Assembly: GCF_009914755.1 (NCBI RefSeq)
Contig: NC_060936.1
DNA: 64,000 nt
Strand: one strand, 5' to 3'
From: the human T2T-CHM13v2.0 reference genome, Homo sapiens
A model generated the notes under the pieces. It searched no databases and had not been told where the DNA came from. It saw nothing but the letters and a program-made list of their open reading frames with translations. Made by a program: the position numbers and the translations under genes. Position 1 is the stretch's first letter. Each line of letters starts with the position of its first letter. Positions 56,090 through 64,000 of the stretch are shown here, one piece after another.

Positions 56090-58815
56090 TTAATTGAAAT
56101 AATTTCAGTTCCTTGATCACACGAACCCATGTTTCAAGTGCTCATGTGGCCACCTTATTATATAGCACAATTATAGAACATTTTCATTATTGCATAAAGT
56201 TCAATTGGGCAGTCTGCTTTAAATAAAACCCTCTATAGTAGTGCCAGTTGTCACATGTCTTGGTACCTACACATTTCTTAGAGAACAGTCTCAAATTTAC
56301 AAATCAAAGTAATTGTCTATACCAGTAAAATTAAATAGAATGGATAAATTAAGCATTTTTTAAAAAAGTGCCGTGACTTTCAAGGCCACATTATATATTT
56401 TAATAAACAAAGGAAATGAAATATTTGCTTCATGTTTGAAATAGGAATAAGGTGTTTTTCCTTATCTGCCAAAGCAGTTGCTGTCTTTTTCCGTAATCAC
56501 AATATAGCATATTTAGGAGATGGGAAAAACAGAGACAGATGGGTAGGGAAAAGAGAAATTCTGGCATGAAAAGTATTTTGAATATCCCATGCTTCTTGTT
56601 TTCTATTTCTTAGTGACCAGCTTACCAATGGTAGCTTACCATTGAAGAGGAAGTGTGGTTTAGCAACCAGACCTTAAACCAAAATTCTATTTCTGGCTCG
56701 AAGTGACCTTGAGGAAGTTACACATATGTTCTTCTCATTTGTACAGCGAATAAGCAAATTAAGATAAAAGCAACTATTGCTGAGCGGACTGTAGGACTGC
56801 AAGATATGTTACTCTAAAATGATCCCACTATTCCAGATTATATATAAAATGATTTGCTTACAAGTAGATTAAATACAGAGTTTCCAGGAATTTAGTTATG
56901 CAAAGAATCCCATGAGGTAGAAAGAGGAACTTTACCAGGCATAAAAATTTTTAAGTTTTGAGTTTGGGGGGAGAATACAAGAAAACGAAGACATAGGGTA
57001 AAAATTTTTATTTCATCCCACGTTAATAATTTTGACAAACTTTGGGAGGATAAGCAGACGTTCTGCACTTTAGAAATCACGTTTTGAAGTTAAATAGTTC
57101 AGGATTTGCATTCCAGACCTGCCATTTACTATCTGGAAAGTTACTTTCTCAGTTATAGATGATGTATAGATGTTCTCAGTTTCAACACCTATTAATGACT
57201 TTTTGTTGAGGTTGTTATGAGGAGAGCACATAGCAAGTTAAGTATACAGCTATAATTACTGATAATTTTATCAAGATACGGAATATAATGATGGTGTTAG
57301 GAAAATATAAATAGCTTAGTGTAGTCTCCTTTTATGAAGCTTTATTTTTAGCCACATGATAATTTTTGTGTGTGTGTGTGGGTAGGATACTAATTTTAGC
57401 TTGTAACGAATTGGTTAAAATTGCAGTTCCTATAGCCATTCTGAAATTCAAGCATGTGTGAGTAAATTGATCAGGATCACTTGATTTAAAGCCAGTAGGG
57501 ATAAATCTGTATTTTGTAAAATCTACAAGGCAGAGAATCTGTGCAGAGAACTCAGAAAAATAGCACAATCACACATCTATGGGTGCAATTTTATTTCAGT
57601 GTAATCCCTGCAACATTTTTCTACGGCTAGATCCATATAATCTCTGAATGAATAGTGAAAGGTTTAGTTGATTGTAAAGATACATAAAAATCTACAATGT
57701 ACAATGCCAAATCATCAGAAAATATTCCATATAACTTTCCTTTTTCTTTGCCCTCCAAACTGCCAAAACATTGAAAAAAGAGGTCAAGAACAAAGGCCAG
57801 CATACTCATGAGGATCCTTCTGGCCCTGGTTCACAGTAGCAGTGCAGGACAGTTCCAGTTTTAGCCCATAACTCATTGGCATATGGTCAGTTTGAAGTTT
57901 CCTGCAGTACTTTTCTGAGCTAGAGAGAGGGAACCAAAAATGCTGACATCCTCATTTGACATCTTCACTCCAGCCTGTGTAAGTGCCAGCACTTCCTGTG
58001 TAAAACCTATCCTGACTGTAGAGGACACACCCAGCCCTTAGCTGACCTGGATGAGGATGATGGCTGGAATTGGTGAGGTTTGGAAAGCATTAGCCCTCAG
58101 ATGGACACCACCACAGTATATGAACATACTGTGTATTACTATACCTTTCACTTCATAAAGATCAGCTTTTAAAGTTTATGAAAATAACATTTATTGACAG
58201 CAAGTGATTGTTGGAGGTAGGTTACTAGCTCTCAAAATCACCACTGCATTACAGTATTATACTAGATGATGGTGTGTTCAAGAAAGAGTTAATTATTTGG
58301 ATGTATAATGCCTTGGAAATTACACCAAAAAAAATCCGTTGGGAGCTCTGAAGTGTGCATATCTTGTCTGCCTCATATAGTATGGCTTTATCTTGACTGC
58401 CTTGTCAGTCTTGGCCTCAATTTTCTTATCCATGCAATGGGAGGATTTCTAAATGTCTTAAGACTTTATGATGTTAGTGTGTATTTCTCCAAGTAGTTTT
58501 CTTCATGCTTCCACTTGTTGGTTCATAAGCTGCATCAGGTGTGTGTTTTACTATACCCATCAAAATGTCCTCACCTACTCTCAAAGTGCTTTAAGGTAAC
58601 ATAACAATTTTTAGTTTGCTATTCCATATAACATAGAAACATAATAATTTTAAGAAGTGATGTTACAAAGTTGAGCTGAGTCTAGGTATTATGGTTTGAT
58701 TCTGACTACAACATCTGACTATCACATGAAAAGGGACATTTGTGTTATGTAAATGTTGAATTTACATCATGATTAATGTTTAGGTGTTTTAAAACATCTG
58801 TTATGTGATAAATTA

Positions 58816-63233
<4,418 letters not shown>

Positions 63234-63349
63234 CTATGATAAGTAGTGAATATATTTATTTGTAAGACTAAAAGTAGACTCAGAATTAGTCTGAAAACCA
63301 CAGTAGTACTGGTTTTTTTTACACCTGTATTTGCCTTCATTTTCTTTTC

Positions 63350-63405
63350 TTTGTATTTCATGCATCTCAGCCTCTTCTCTTTTTGTATTTCATGCATCTC
63401 AGCCT
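63350..63405. repeat. Tandem duplication, period 32 (tttgtatttcatgcatctcagcct twice)
   Basis: Exact 24-nt copies at 63350-63373 and 63382-63405. Confidence 0.9.
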
Positions 63406-64000
63406 ATGCTTCTCTTCAGTGCGTGCCTGTAGTGCACATAAGTCTTCTAAGGATCAACTTTGTAACTGAACCAACTGGACTCCTGTCCAGGAGTTTATAC
63501 CCTTCTTGGCATCTCTCCTGCCCATTTGTTTAATCTTTCCAACTCATTTGATCCTCTAGTATTAGAGCTGACAGCTGCAGTTGCATATGGAGTTCATAAA
63601 GTAGCTGAATAATAAAATGTCATGACCCAGTTCTTGTATAGTTTCACTGATGACTAAATTGGCAACTCTTTTAATATTGAAATGGGAATGATCAAGCTGT
63701 GTACTTTTCTTTGGAAGTTCACGTATATTCAATGAGTACTTTTACCTCCTATGACTTTCCATAGCAGAAATGCTACAGACTTATTTGGCAGGTCAGGTGG
63801 AACATTATCTTGATTTTATAATTATCTTGATTTTACAAGAGGAAAGTTTATGTATAAAAGGGGTTGATGATTGATTCTGAGTGATACTGTATCTGCGAAC
63901 TCCTTGTATAACAGGTGCTTATTGAGCACCTATTAGACACGGTGGTTTGTGTTATATACACATTATTCCTGATCCTGAGAAGAATCTTGTAAGATAGGTG

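Overview
Primate (human-like) genomic DNA, dense in Alu, L1, LTR and DNA-transposon relics. No intact cellular protein-coding exon is recognisable. The window is most likely part of a large intron of a + strand host gene that I cannot name. Recognisable elements include an old L1PA on the minus strand (1-~4000), about 60 Alus, a solo LTR12C with a 4-bp TSD nested in a MaLR (MLT1) provirus, MLT2/MST/MER4-group LTR pieces, Tigger/MER3/MER5A, and a U6 retrocopy with an internal deletion. Main discovery: the non-repetitive DNA between the repeats on the MINUS strand assembles into a decayed, spliced multi-exon gene (~29356 to ~9916). It has a signal-peptide-like first exon, many AG/GT-bounded exons with matching phases, a terminal exon with stop codon and AATAAA, and scattered nonsense/frameshift lesions plus Alu/L1 insertions inside exons. 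It is a candidate unitary pseudogene of a protein family I cannot identify. A weaker second exon-like series lies at ~51.9-57.8 kb. Other oddities are a perfect 28-bp-stem hairpin (53804-53865), a locally templated 23-nt insertion in an L1, and an Alu with a ~51-bp flanking duplication. All translations were done by hand, and repeat boundaries and subfamily calls are approximate.
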